This document shows positions 56,566-64,000 of a stretch of DNA of 64,000 bases, one piece after another; position 1 is the first letter of the stretch, and each line of letters begins with the position of its first letter. A model generated the notes under the pieces. It saw nothing but the letters and a program-made list of their open reading frames with translations, was not told the DNA's origin and did no database searches. The stretch is taken from the IMG/VR virus record IMGVR_UViG_3300028558_000791, positions 186,001 through 250,000 of that record; one strand, given 5' to 3'. The position numbers and the translations under genes were made by a program.

Positions 56566-59500
56566 ATGCCCATTATTAAACTAGGCGAAGCCCACGAAAT
56601 TAAACTGGAGAACATGGAGTCATGTCTTCCTGAAGTGAGTGCTGAGGTCTTAGATAACTTTAGGAAGTTTGCAACCAATCTAAAGAAGATTGCTCCTAAA
56701 GCTGAAGACTTCCTCTATTTCTCTGCTGTTATGATGCATGCTGCTGAAGCATCTGCGCTTAACGAAGATGGTACACCAAAGCTAACCCTCAAAGGCGAAC
56801 CAGTCCAAGTAGGATGGGATACTAGTGGTGGTACATGGAAATGGGCATCTAATGACCCTAACATTAAGCCATATAAGAATTCTAATGGAGACATATTTCC
56901 AGAAGCAGAATTAACCAAAGCTTACAAGAAGTGGAAGCACAAGCCTCTATGCGTGGATCATAAATCGAGTTCGGTTGACCATGTTAGAGGTTTTATCGTT
57001 GATACTTATTACGACCGCTCACTCAAGAGAGTGATTGCATTGTGCGCCTTAGATAAGGCCGGATTCCCTCAATTAGCTAGACAAATTTCAACAGGCGTTT
57101 CTAACTGTGTATCCATGGGTACAGCAGTAGGAAGAGCCATCTGTTATGACTGCGGTAGAGTCGCTCGTGCTGAGCAAGACTTCTGCGCTCATATGAAGAA
57201 CAAGACTTGCTACGGTGAAATCAACGTAGACCTCAATCCAATTGAGTTATCTATCGTTGTAAATGGTGCAGACCCTAGAGCCAACATCAAACACATCATC
57301 GCCGCAGCAAACACAATGAACACTTACCTAGAGAATCGCGCTAAGGAACTAGAAAAAATAGCCGACCTCAAGTTTAGTGCTCAATTCAGTGTGTCAGATC
57401 TTAATGGTGACGAAGGTGGAGGAAGTGCTCAATTTAATGTTGATGCTACTGACATTAACCAGTTCAAGAGCGAATTAGACGAAGCATTCCGCAAAGTCCA
57501 AGAGTTCAAGAATGTAAAAATTTCTGAAAAAGATACTAATTCTACAGCATCTAATCAGACGTCGGGTTCGATCGCCATGGATGAAGGTGCACCCACGGAT
57601 TCTGGATTGGCTCTCCAAACTCCGCAAGCCATTAGGCTTGCATCCGCTGATGTAGAGGCGGAATCATTGGCTGAGCTTCAGCAAGTAACTGCATCAATTG
57701 AAGCTACGTTAGGTCAAATGAAGAAGAGCTTGGATAAGTTAGCAAAAACTTCTACTACTAAAAAACAAGAGGAAAACATGTCTGGATCAAAAGAAATCAA
57801 TAAGCAAGCTTATTTCCAGGGTGGCGGTGGCGTTAATGAACCAACTCCAGGCCAAGTTAAATATCCAAAGGACGGTCTTAACGAGCAACTTCGTGAACAC
57901 GAAGATAAGCACATGACCGGTCAACCACCTTTCCCTGAGGTTGGTCCAGTGGATGGAATGCATCCTTCTCCAGCTTCGGCTGATCCTTCTGACGAGCTTG
58001 CTCGTAAGAAGATGCTCGCTAGAGCAGAAGCAGAAGAGCGTGCCCTCAAGCGTAACGCCATTGTCAATATGGCCAAGGACGCATTGAAGAGCAAGGAAGC
58101 TTACTACCTCGGTGGTGGCGGTGTAAACGAGCCAACTCCAGGTAAAGTAAAGTATCCAAAAGACAAGCTCAACGAAGAGCTACGTGACTACGAAGATAAG
58201 CACATGGTTGGACAGCCTCCATTCCCAGGTGTTGGTCCAGTCGACGGCATGCACCCTTCTCCATCATCTGCTGATCCAAAGGATGAATTGAAGCGTAAGC
58301 AAATGCTCGCTCGTGCACAACTACGTGCCAGATTTGTCAAGGCCGCTAACAGTAACGGCACTCAGAACAGAGCCAGAAGCGCTTGGGAAGTATTCCTTGG
58401 TGACAAGCTATTGTTGACCGCATCTGTTGACGAACTCTCCGGTGGAAACACTGACGTTCTATATGACTCAATTGCTACTAAGGACTTCGGAGCCAAGTTG
58501 ATCGAAAAGGTCAAAGTTCAAGGCGCTGATGCAGTAAGCAAGCTAATTAAGAAAGCCCAAGGCGCTCCAGGCGCACCACCAGCCGGCCCTCCAGCAGGTG
58601 ATCCATCCAGTGCTCCACCTCCAGGCGGTGACATGGGTGCAGGCGCTCCAGATGCTGGTCCTCCAGCAGAAGACGCAGGCAAGTCTGGTGACCCAAAGCA
58701 AAGCGCAGTAGAACTCGCTGAGAAGGTAAGAGACCTAAGCTCTGACCTAGTAGAAGCAGTTCGTGCCCTAACCGGTGAACAAGCCGAAATGGGTGGCGCA
58801 GGCCCAGCACCAGATGCAGGTGGAGTTGGTGGCCCAGCCGGTGGTCCAATGGCCGCTGATGACCAGGATGCAAAGAAGAAGAAAGACTCTATGGAGTCCT
58901 CTGCTAACTTTAGCACCTCAACTCTCAACACCTTGAGAAAAGAATTGAATGGCGCACTTACTCATGCAATGAAGGAAGCTATTGCAGAGCTAACCGAACA
59001 CCAGCAAGAATTAGACATGATTGCCGGTATGTACGACAAGGGTGCTGTAACTCAATCTAACCAAGACTTTGTTGGAACTATCGTAGAAGACGCATTGAGC
59101 GAAGCTAAGACTGCTGTTGCAGACGGCTTTAAGCTAATGACCGCCTTCGTCAAGTATGCTCGTGGTACCAAGGCAATTGTCAAGCGTGCTGAGATTGAAT
59201 CAGAACTTGAATCACTAGCCGATGGAGACACTATGAGCGACAAGAAGGACAGTCACTCCGCAGACGGCGGTGACTTGATGGGACTAATTAATGACACCAA
59301 TGCAGACTTGGACGCAGTTCAAGAGATGATGGGTGACGACCAGGATCACGATCTTGGCGGTGAACTTGATGGCGATGGCCTAGCTGGACTCTTTGAAGAG
59401 GGTGGCGAAGGTGAAGAACATGGTCACGAGGAACCACTATTCGAAGGTTTGGCTGACGACAACGATCTCACTTTTGAACAAGGTGAGAAAGTACCACCAG

Positions 59501-60294
59501 AGTTGGCCGGAAAGAAGTTAACTATGGCATCATTTGATGATAGAGCAGGCCGTGCAGCTCTCAGGGCCAAGTTGGCTGCTGACGCTCTCGGAAAAGAAGA
59601 CGACGGAGAAGTTCAGGATATGTCCAAGCAAAAGTGGAGCGATATGCTAGATGCTGCTGACAAGCACTCTGACGGTCAAACCGAATTGGACGTCAAGCCA
59701 TCCGACAGCCTCGGATTGGTTGAGACCCTACCAGAAGTAAACAAGGCCATGATGGACGTTGCTAAAGCTCCACCAAAGGTTCGTAAGGAAGCAGAAGTAA
59801 TTCAGAGATTAGTTTCTGAAGGCAAGCTTGATCCAAATGATGTTGATGCACTCGCATCTTACGGATTGGATAAAGAAGCCGTTGCTTACTGGAAGAAGTA
59901 CTTCGGTGAAGTTGATGGTGGCAGTGAATTCGCCAGTGAGATGGTGAAGGAACATGTCAAGGCAGCTATGGAAGAAGAACTAAACACCTTCAGAGTCAAG
60001 CTAGCCCGTGCTTACGAACTAACTTACGATATGGTTGACCGTGGCCTATGCCGTCACGACAGAGTCACCATCTCTGATCAAGTTGACCAGATTATGAGAT
60101 TTAACGATGATGCATTCGAATCCTTGAAGAAGGTCGTTGCCCGTCATGAACCAGGTAATCTACGCAAGTCTGCTGGCGCAATGCCACAGGTTGGTCTCAG
60201 AGTTGACGGAGAATTCTCTCCAGCTCAAGCAGTCGAGGATGACTCTTATACCCAATTGTCAAGCCTCTTTGGTAACAAAAAGGGTGTGTTCTAA
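56566..60294 (+). CDS. Prohead protease-scaffold polyprotein, 1242 aa
   Basis: N-terminal NSNGDIFPEAEL..AY..W..KPLCVDH...VRGFIVD...VSMG...CYDCG...CAH...PIELSIVVNGADPRA resembles herpes-fold phage maturation proteases with a zinc insert; long repeat, acidic and helical C-terminal part; lies after portal. Confidence 0.75.
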   Translation: MPIIKLGEAHEIKLENMESCLPEVSAEVLDNFRKFATNLKKIAPKAEDFLYFSAVMMHAAEASALNEDGTPKLTLKGEPVQVGWDTSGGTWKWASNDPNIKPYKNSNGDIFPEAELTKAYKKWKHKPLCVDHKSSSVDHVRGFIVDTYYDRSLKRVIALCALDKAGFPQLARQISTGVSNCVSMGTAVGRAICYDCGRVARAEQDFCAHMKNKTCYGEINVDLNPIELSIVVNGADPRANIKHIIAAANTMNTYLENRAKELEKIADLKFSAQFSVSDLNGDEGGGSAQFNVDATDINQFKSELDEAFRKVQEFKNVKISEKDTNSTASNQTSGSIAMDEGAPTDSGLALQTPQAIRLASADVEAESLAELQQVTASIEATLGQMKKSLDKLAKTSTTKKQEENMSGSKEINKQAYFQGGGGVNEPTPGQVKYPKDGLNEQLREHEDKHMTGQPPFPEVGPVDGMHPSPASADPSDELARKKMLARAEAEERALKRNAIVNMAKDALKSKEAYYLGGGGVNEPTPGKVKYPKDKLNEELRDYEDKHMVGQPPFPGVGPVDGMHPSPSSADPKDELKRKQMLARAQLRARFVKAANSNGTQNRARSAWEVFLGDKLLLTASVDELSGGNTDVLYDSIATKDFGAKLIEKVKVQGADAVSKLIKKAQGAPGAPPAGPPAGDPSSAPPPGGDMGAGAPDAGPPAEDAGKSGDPKQSAVELAEKVRDLSSDLVEAVRALTGEQAEMGGAGPAPDAGGVGGPAGGPMAADDQDAKKKKDSMESSANFSTSTLNTLRKELNGALTHAMKEAIAELTEHQQELDMIAGMYDKGAVTQSNQDFVGTIVEDALSEAKTAVADGFKLMTAFVKYARGTKAIVKRAEIESELESLADGDTMSDKKDSHSADGGDLMGLINDTNADLDAVQEMMGDDQDHDLGGELDGDGLAGLFEEGGEGEEHGHEEPLFEGLADDNDLTFEQGEKVPPELAGKKLTMASFDDRAGRAALRAKLAADALGKEDDGEVQDMSKQKWSDMLDAADKHSDGQTELDVKPSDSLGLVETLPEVNKAMMDVAKAPPKVRKEAEVIQRLVSEGKLDPNDVDALASYGLDKEAVAYWKKYFGEVDGGSEFASEMVKEHVKAAMEEELNTFRVKLARAYELTYDMVDRGLCRHDRVTISDQVDQIMRFNDDAFESLKKVVARHEPGNLRKSAGAMPQVGLRVDGEFSPAQAVEDDSYTQLSSLFGNKKGVF
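57802..58317 (+). repeat. Two 225-nt (75-aa) direct repeats in the scaffold region
   Basis: 57802-58026 KQAYFQGGGGVNEPTPG...KKMLARA and 58093-58317 KEAYYLGGGGVNEPTPG...KQMLARA; many synonymous differences. Confidence 0.95.
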
Positions 60295-60318
60295 AGCTAA
60301 CCTAGAACGAGGATACAA

Positions 60319-61029
60319 ATGAAAAACCAGAGCGTATCAGATTTTGTAGCCGCAACTATGAATGCGGTGCTAAACAGCAAAGAACACAAGTCGTTGTTCG
60401 ATGTTCAATACAAGTATGCACAAGACATGAGTGATGCAAAAGACTCTTGTGGCAAGTGCGGATCTAAACACGGCGATGCAGATAGCTGCATGGCTGATGA
60501 TGACGACAATGACGCCCGTAAGGCTAAGAAGGATTCTGACTCAGACTCCTCTAGTGCTTGGGATGATGACAATGATGCTCGTAAGAAGAAGGATTCCGAT
60601 TCTGATTCCAGCGATGCAGATGATGATGAGAACGATGCCCGTAAGAAGAAGGACTCTGATTCTGACTCCAGCTCTGCTGATGACGATCTAGAAGTTTCTG
60701 CTGCATTCGACGTAGCTATCGACAGCTTGCTAACTGCATCTGCCGCTCTTGACTCCGTTGGTCTCGGTCGTGGTTCCTCACTTACCTTGAAGATTGCTTC
60801 TTTGGTTGTTGAAGCCAAGAAGAAGGACAAGGATTCCAAGAAGGACAAGAAGAAGAGTGACTCTCAATCTGCCAAGGACAAGAAGTCCAATCCATTCGCT
60901 AAGAAGAAGGATGACAAGAAGAAGAGTGACGACAAGAAGAAGAGCGATTCTCATTCTGCAAAGGATAAGAAGAGTGATTCTAAGTCTTCTAAAGACTCTA
61001 AGAAGCCAGCTTCTAAATCTTCCAAGTAA
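60319..61029 (+). CDS. Asp/Ser/Lys-rich low-complexity protein with helical A..LD..G module
   Basis: Three D-rich NDARKKKDSDSDSS-type repeats, K/D/S-rich tail, SD GAGGA. Confidence 0.8.
   Translation: MKNQSVSDFVAATMNAVLNSKEHKSLFDVQYKYAQDMSDAKDSCGKCGSKHGDADSCMADDDDNDARKAKKDSDSDSSSAWDDDNDARKKKDSDSDSSDADDDENDARKKKDSDSDSSSADDDLEVSAAFDVAIDSLLTASAALDSVGLGRGSSLTLKIASLVVEAKKKDKDSKKDKKKSDSQSAKDKKSNPFAKKKDDKKKSDDKKKSDSHSAKDKKSDSKSSKDSKKPASKSSK
60493..60687 (+). repeat. Three imperfect tandem repeats encoding (A)DDDxNDARKKKDSDSDSS
   Basis: About 60-66-nt units with synonymous variation. Confidence 0.85.
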
Positions 61030-61037
61030 GGATAACA

Positions 61038-61253
61038 ATGTACAAACAAAGCAGTTTTGAGGACGAACTCTATCGTTCGATGGAGAAGACTATAGTCAAA
61101 AATCAAACCGAAGATAAGCACGGTTTCAATAAGCTAGCTCAAGCTGCTGACCTTTTGAATGCGGCGGCCGATATTTTCGACCGTGCTGGTATGCAAGAGG
61201 AGTCGAAAGACGTTACTAATATTCTAGAAGAACTAGCTAAGGATCTCAAATGA
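61038..61253 (+). CDS. Small protein paralogous to the N-terminus of the next gene
   Basis: SFEDELYRSME...AADLLNAAADIFDRAG vs LFEDELVASME...AAECLHAALEIFEEQG; SD AAGGA. Confidence 0.8.
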   Translation: MYKQSSFEDELYRSMEKTIVKNQTEDKHGFNKLAQAADLLNAAADIFDRAGMQEESKDVTNILEELAKDLK

Positions 61254-62170
61254 GTAAAAGTCTATTTGAAGATGAATTAGTTGCTAGCATGGAGAGCCAG
61301 TTGCGCAAGCAGGGGTCGGCCGAGAAGCCAGCCCTTACTAAAGCTGCTGAGTGCCTCCATGCTGCTCTAGAAATTTTCGAAGAGCAGGGCCTGACCGCAA
61401 GAGCGGATCAGGTACTGCAACTTCTACAGAAGATTGCGCAAACCAACGAAGCACGTGACGTTCAGCAAATGCCATCAGTTCACAAACTAATGGAAGCTGG
61501 ATTGACTCAGCGTGATATGCATGAATTTGCTAAAGGCAGTCCAATTGCCAAGGCTAAATTCAATATGGTTCTGCGTGGTTTGGGATATTCTGATCATCAG
61601 ATTGGCAAGTTCATTGGTCCAACTAATGTTATGTCCGAAGATGATGCCAAGCAAGTTCTTGACCCAAATCGTTCATTCAGCAAGATTTATGACTGGATGA
61701 AGAACCCAGGCAAGCCAGTTGATCCAAGGAACCCACAGCCAGGTGAAGAGTTTTCTATCAAGAGCCTTCCAGTTACTGGTCCTGGCGATACTTTGCAGTT
61801 TGAGAGTCTCAAGCCAAAGCCAACTCAAGTTCCAAAAGACGAAGCTCTTGAGTTCAAGAGCATTGCTCAAAAAAAAAGATCAAATCTGACTGATCGTCAC
61901 ACCCATGGTCTAACTCCTGAAAAAGAAGTTGAGAACCTAAAGCATCACGGCACTCCTTTCAATATGGCTGATGATGTTCCTCTTCCATTTGATAGACACA
62001 ACGTCAAAGAGAAAGACGTCGATCCTGATTTTGCTGAGTTACTTAACTCACCAACGTTTGATCTTGATGCCTCTGACGATGAGTTAATGGGGATTGAAAT
62101 TAAAGATGATACTCTAGAAGTCTTTGATAACGATGGCCATATTGAGGATTTTGAAGACGAAAGAGATTAA
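61250..62170 (+). CDS. Hypothetical head-associated protein
   Basis: 306 aa; KIAQ, SIAQ, acidic tail DDTLEVFD. Confidence 0.8.
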   Translation: MSKSLFEDELVASMESQLRKQGSAEKPALTKAAECLHAALEIFEEQGLTARADQVLQLLQKIAQTNEARDVQQMPSVHKLMEAGLTQRDMHEFAKGSPIAKAKFNMVLRGLGYSDHQIGKFIGPTNVMSEDDAKQVLDPNRSFSKIYDWMKNPGKPVDPRNPQPGEEFSIKSLPVTGPGDTLQFESLKPKPTQVPKDEALEFKSIAQKKRSNLTDRHTHGLTPEKEVENLKHHGTPFNMADDVPLPFDRHNVKEKDVDPDFAELLNSPTFDLDASDDELMGIEIKDDTLEVFDNDGHIEDFEDERD

Positions 62171-62221
62171 TTCAAACGTTATATAGGGTACTAGAGCTGT
62201 ATAGGTGAAATAAGGACACTA

Positions 62222-62911
62222 ATGCTAAGACTAGTACAAGTGGGTAACACGTTACCCGTCAGTTTCATTTGCGACCCATCCGCAGAATTTCAACCTGGAC
62301 AGGTTGCTGAATTAACCGTTATTGGTAACCAGGTAATGGCTACCGTCAGTAATGGTACCGCACCTATTGGTATTATTGATGATATCAAAACCAAAGCTTT
62401 CTCCAACGTTTCTTGGAATGAAACTGTTATTGTTCCCGCTGTAGGCGTACTAGGACCAAATAATACATTAGTTACTCCAGTTGATATTAAAGCCGAACTA
62501 AGGAAGCCAAATATTATTCCATCCAGCTTCAATTCTACAGTTAATGTAGTTTTGAATCCTGTGAATGGAATTATTACTTTTGTAGCTGGCACTCCATTAA
62601 ATATTGATTTGTCTGGTACTGGACAACCAAATGCTATTAAAGCAATTGTCAATTATACTTATCAAGTAGCTAATATTCCAGGAGATGACAGCACTGCTGG
62701 TTCTGGTAGAATGACTGTATGGTTTGAGAGAATGTTTTTCCAAACCGACCAGTACGAAACCAATCAACAGTACCCTGTCCGTGCTAACTTATACGTTTCT
62801 GAAGCGGGCTTCTTGACTACTCGTAGGCCAAGTCCGATTCATCCTGCTGTTGGTATGGTTACTGCGCCTCCTACTCCGATGAACCCAATGATCGAAATCT
62901 TGTGGTTCTAA
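62222..62911 (+). CDS. Probable head decoration/cement-like beta protein
   Basis: FQPGQVAEL...APIGIIDD...DDSTAGSGRMTVW...TDQY...LYVS..GFLTT...VGMVTAPP; typical position upstream of a major capsid gene. Confidence 0.55.
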   Translation: MLRLVQVGNTLPVSFICDPSAEFQPGQVAELTVIGNQVMATVSNGTAPIGIIDDIKTKAFSNVSWNETVIVPAVGVLGPNNTLVTPVDIKAELRKPNIIPSSFNSTVNVVLNPVNGIITFVAGTPLNIDLSGTGQPNAIKAIVNYTYQVANIPGDDSTAGSGRMTVWFERMFFQTDQYETNQQYPVRANLYVSEAGFLTTRRPSPIHPAVGMVTAPPTPMNPMIEILWF

Positions 62912-63000
62912 ACCCCTTAGAATAGCTGCATATTCTTTTATTTAGTAGAAGCTTTCTATAATATCGCATATTGTAGACAATCTACTCAATTGAGGCCATA

Positions 63001-64000
63001 ATGACTTTTAAACACATGAAATTCGAGGATTCTCCGACTATGCGTGCCTTAGAGAAGGTCGCTAAGGAAAAGGGCCTAGTCAAACCAGAGACTCTGGAAA
63101 AGAAAGCCTCAGTTACAAAGAAGGCAGACTACTCACCAACGCACGATCTCATGGAGAACATTCTAAAGCTATGTGCCGGTTTGAGAACTCAAGGTCTTGC
63201 TAAAGAAGCTTCTGAAATTGAAACTAACTTCCTAAACTATAAACAAGCGCAAACTCTTTATGAAACTTCTAAGGAGAAGGGCGAAGACTTAGTTGACTCT
63301 GCTCATCCTAAGGGAAGCCACAAGCTAGAGGGTGTCGAAGGTGACGAAGCTACGTTCGAGACTATCGTTGACCAACACTTAAAGAATCTAGAAATGATTA
63401 GCAAGAAGCCAACTGGTAAGTTATCTAATGCTTCTATTTTATCTTCTGTCAAGAAGGCTTTAGGTCAGGTAACTGCTCCTCAAGAATCAGAATCAGATTT
63501 ATACAATACCATGAACCAAAGATTGAATAAGCTTCTTGCCGATCTTGGTGCAGTAATTTCCGTATTGAAATTAGATGGTGGGCCAGATTATGATACTGAA
63601 GGTGCCGATGCTGGTGCCGATGCTCTAAGAGCTGCTGTAGCCGCCAGACCATTTACCAGAGATAAGTATCGTGCCGCTATGGCCGCTCTAAATCAGATTC
63701 AAAATACATCAAAGAGTGGTGCTTATAAAACAAGCGAATGGTTTGGTAGTCCAGATGCAAATGATCCTGGCCTCGCGGCTTGGAACAAGCGTGCAGGCGG
63801 TATGATGGGTAAACTAGTTAATAACTTGCGTTCCATCGAGCCATTAATTTCCAAGATTGAAAACATCAGAGTTCTTAAAGAGCAAGGAACTTATCAAAGC
63901 CCGGAAGATGCGGCTAAGAAAAATACAATCACTCTTCCAGAACAAACTCTAGTTTCTGATCCATTAGTTGTAAAGCTACAAAATTTAGTTAACCAACTCA
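63001..64000 (+). CDS. Hypothetical head-module protein, 3' truncated (not in the ORF track)
   Basis: SD GAGG, ATG 63001, frame read open to the window end: MTFKHMKFEDSPTMRALEKVAKEKGLVK...KQAQTLYE...AHPKGSHKL. Confidence 0.8.
   Translation, partial: MTFKHMKFEDSPTMRALEKVAKEKGLVKPETLEKKASVTKKADYSPTHDLMENILKLCAGLRTQGLAKEASEIETNFLNYKQAQTLYETSKEKGEDLVDSAHPKGSHKLEGVEGDEATFETIVDQHLKNLEMISKKPTGKLSNASILSSVKKALGQVTAPQESESDLYNTMNQRLNKLLADLGAVISVLKLDGGPDYDTEGADAGADALRAAVAARPFTRDKYRAAMAALNQIQNTSKSGAYKTSEWFGSPDANDPGLAAWNKRAGGMMGKLVNNLRSIEPLISKIENIRVLKEQGTYQSPEDAAKKNTITLPEQTLVSDPLVVKLQNLVNQL

Noticed and set aside
57811-57822. YFQG resembling the TEV protease site ENLYFQ/G
   Set aside because: ENL is absent and the second repeat reads YYLG; coincidental.
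60405-60848. Ser/Phe/Leu-rich antisense ORF with apparent repeats
   Set aside because: Simply the reverse complement of the D/S/K repeat gene.
1-64000. Stop-codon reassignment (code 15 or code 4) in this window
   Set aside because: Conserved genes are full length under code 11 and TGA ends many genes properly; only the absence of TAG stops is reported.
1-64000. tRNA, rRNA or tmRNA genes
   Set aside because: Intergenic gaps are short (mostly under 125 nt) and none showed a cloverleaf or GTTCRA T-loop; a tRNAscan-SE or ARAGORN run would be needed to confirm.
62222-64000. Calling the major capsid protein here
   Set aside because: No HK97-fold-sized ORF with recognisable features; the major capsid gene probably lies beyond the right edge.

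Overview
This window is best read as a 64 kb slice of a large (jumbo/huge-type) tailed dsDNA bacteriophage genome. It uses the standard bacterial code, is very gene-dense, lies almost entirely on the + strand and has many coupled TAATG/ATGA junctions. Left part (1-36.6 kb): replication, recombination and host-takeover genes (FtsK-like ATPase, TopA, AAA+ ATPase, ribosomal protein bS21, MT-A70 methyltransferase, HNH, peptide deformylase fused to SEC-C, SbcCD, dNMP kinase, Cas4/RecB-like nuclease, trigger factor, DnaE, RecA, SSB, RuvC-like, DnaJ, split primase, sigma region-4 protein, GIY-YIG). Right part (36.7-64 kb): head morphogenesis genes (terminase large subunit, portal, prohead protease-scaffold, transglycosylase, phosphatase and many novel head-associated proteins). 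Signals not explained by ordinary annotation: (1) a recurrent TGATATAT promoter-like box at gene boundaries, in places inside hairpins that bury the downstream SD or start codon; (2) short peptide motifs shared across the head-module proteins (K-x-A(Q), DD(x)LEV, YFQGGGGVNEPTPG and a helical A..LD..G module), suggesting an undescribed maturation or capsid-targeting code; (3) probable nested internal starts in the protease-scaffold gene, plus a 52-aa copy of its C-terminal domain in a distant gene; (4) a ribosome and nascent-chain toolkit (bS21, PDF-SEC-C, trigger factor, DnaJ); (5) no TAG stop among about 75 called genes. All family calls come from motif recognition by eye; no database searches were run.
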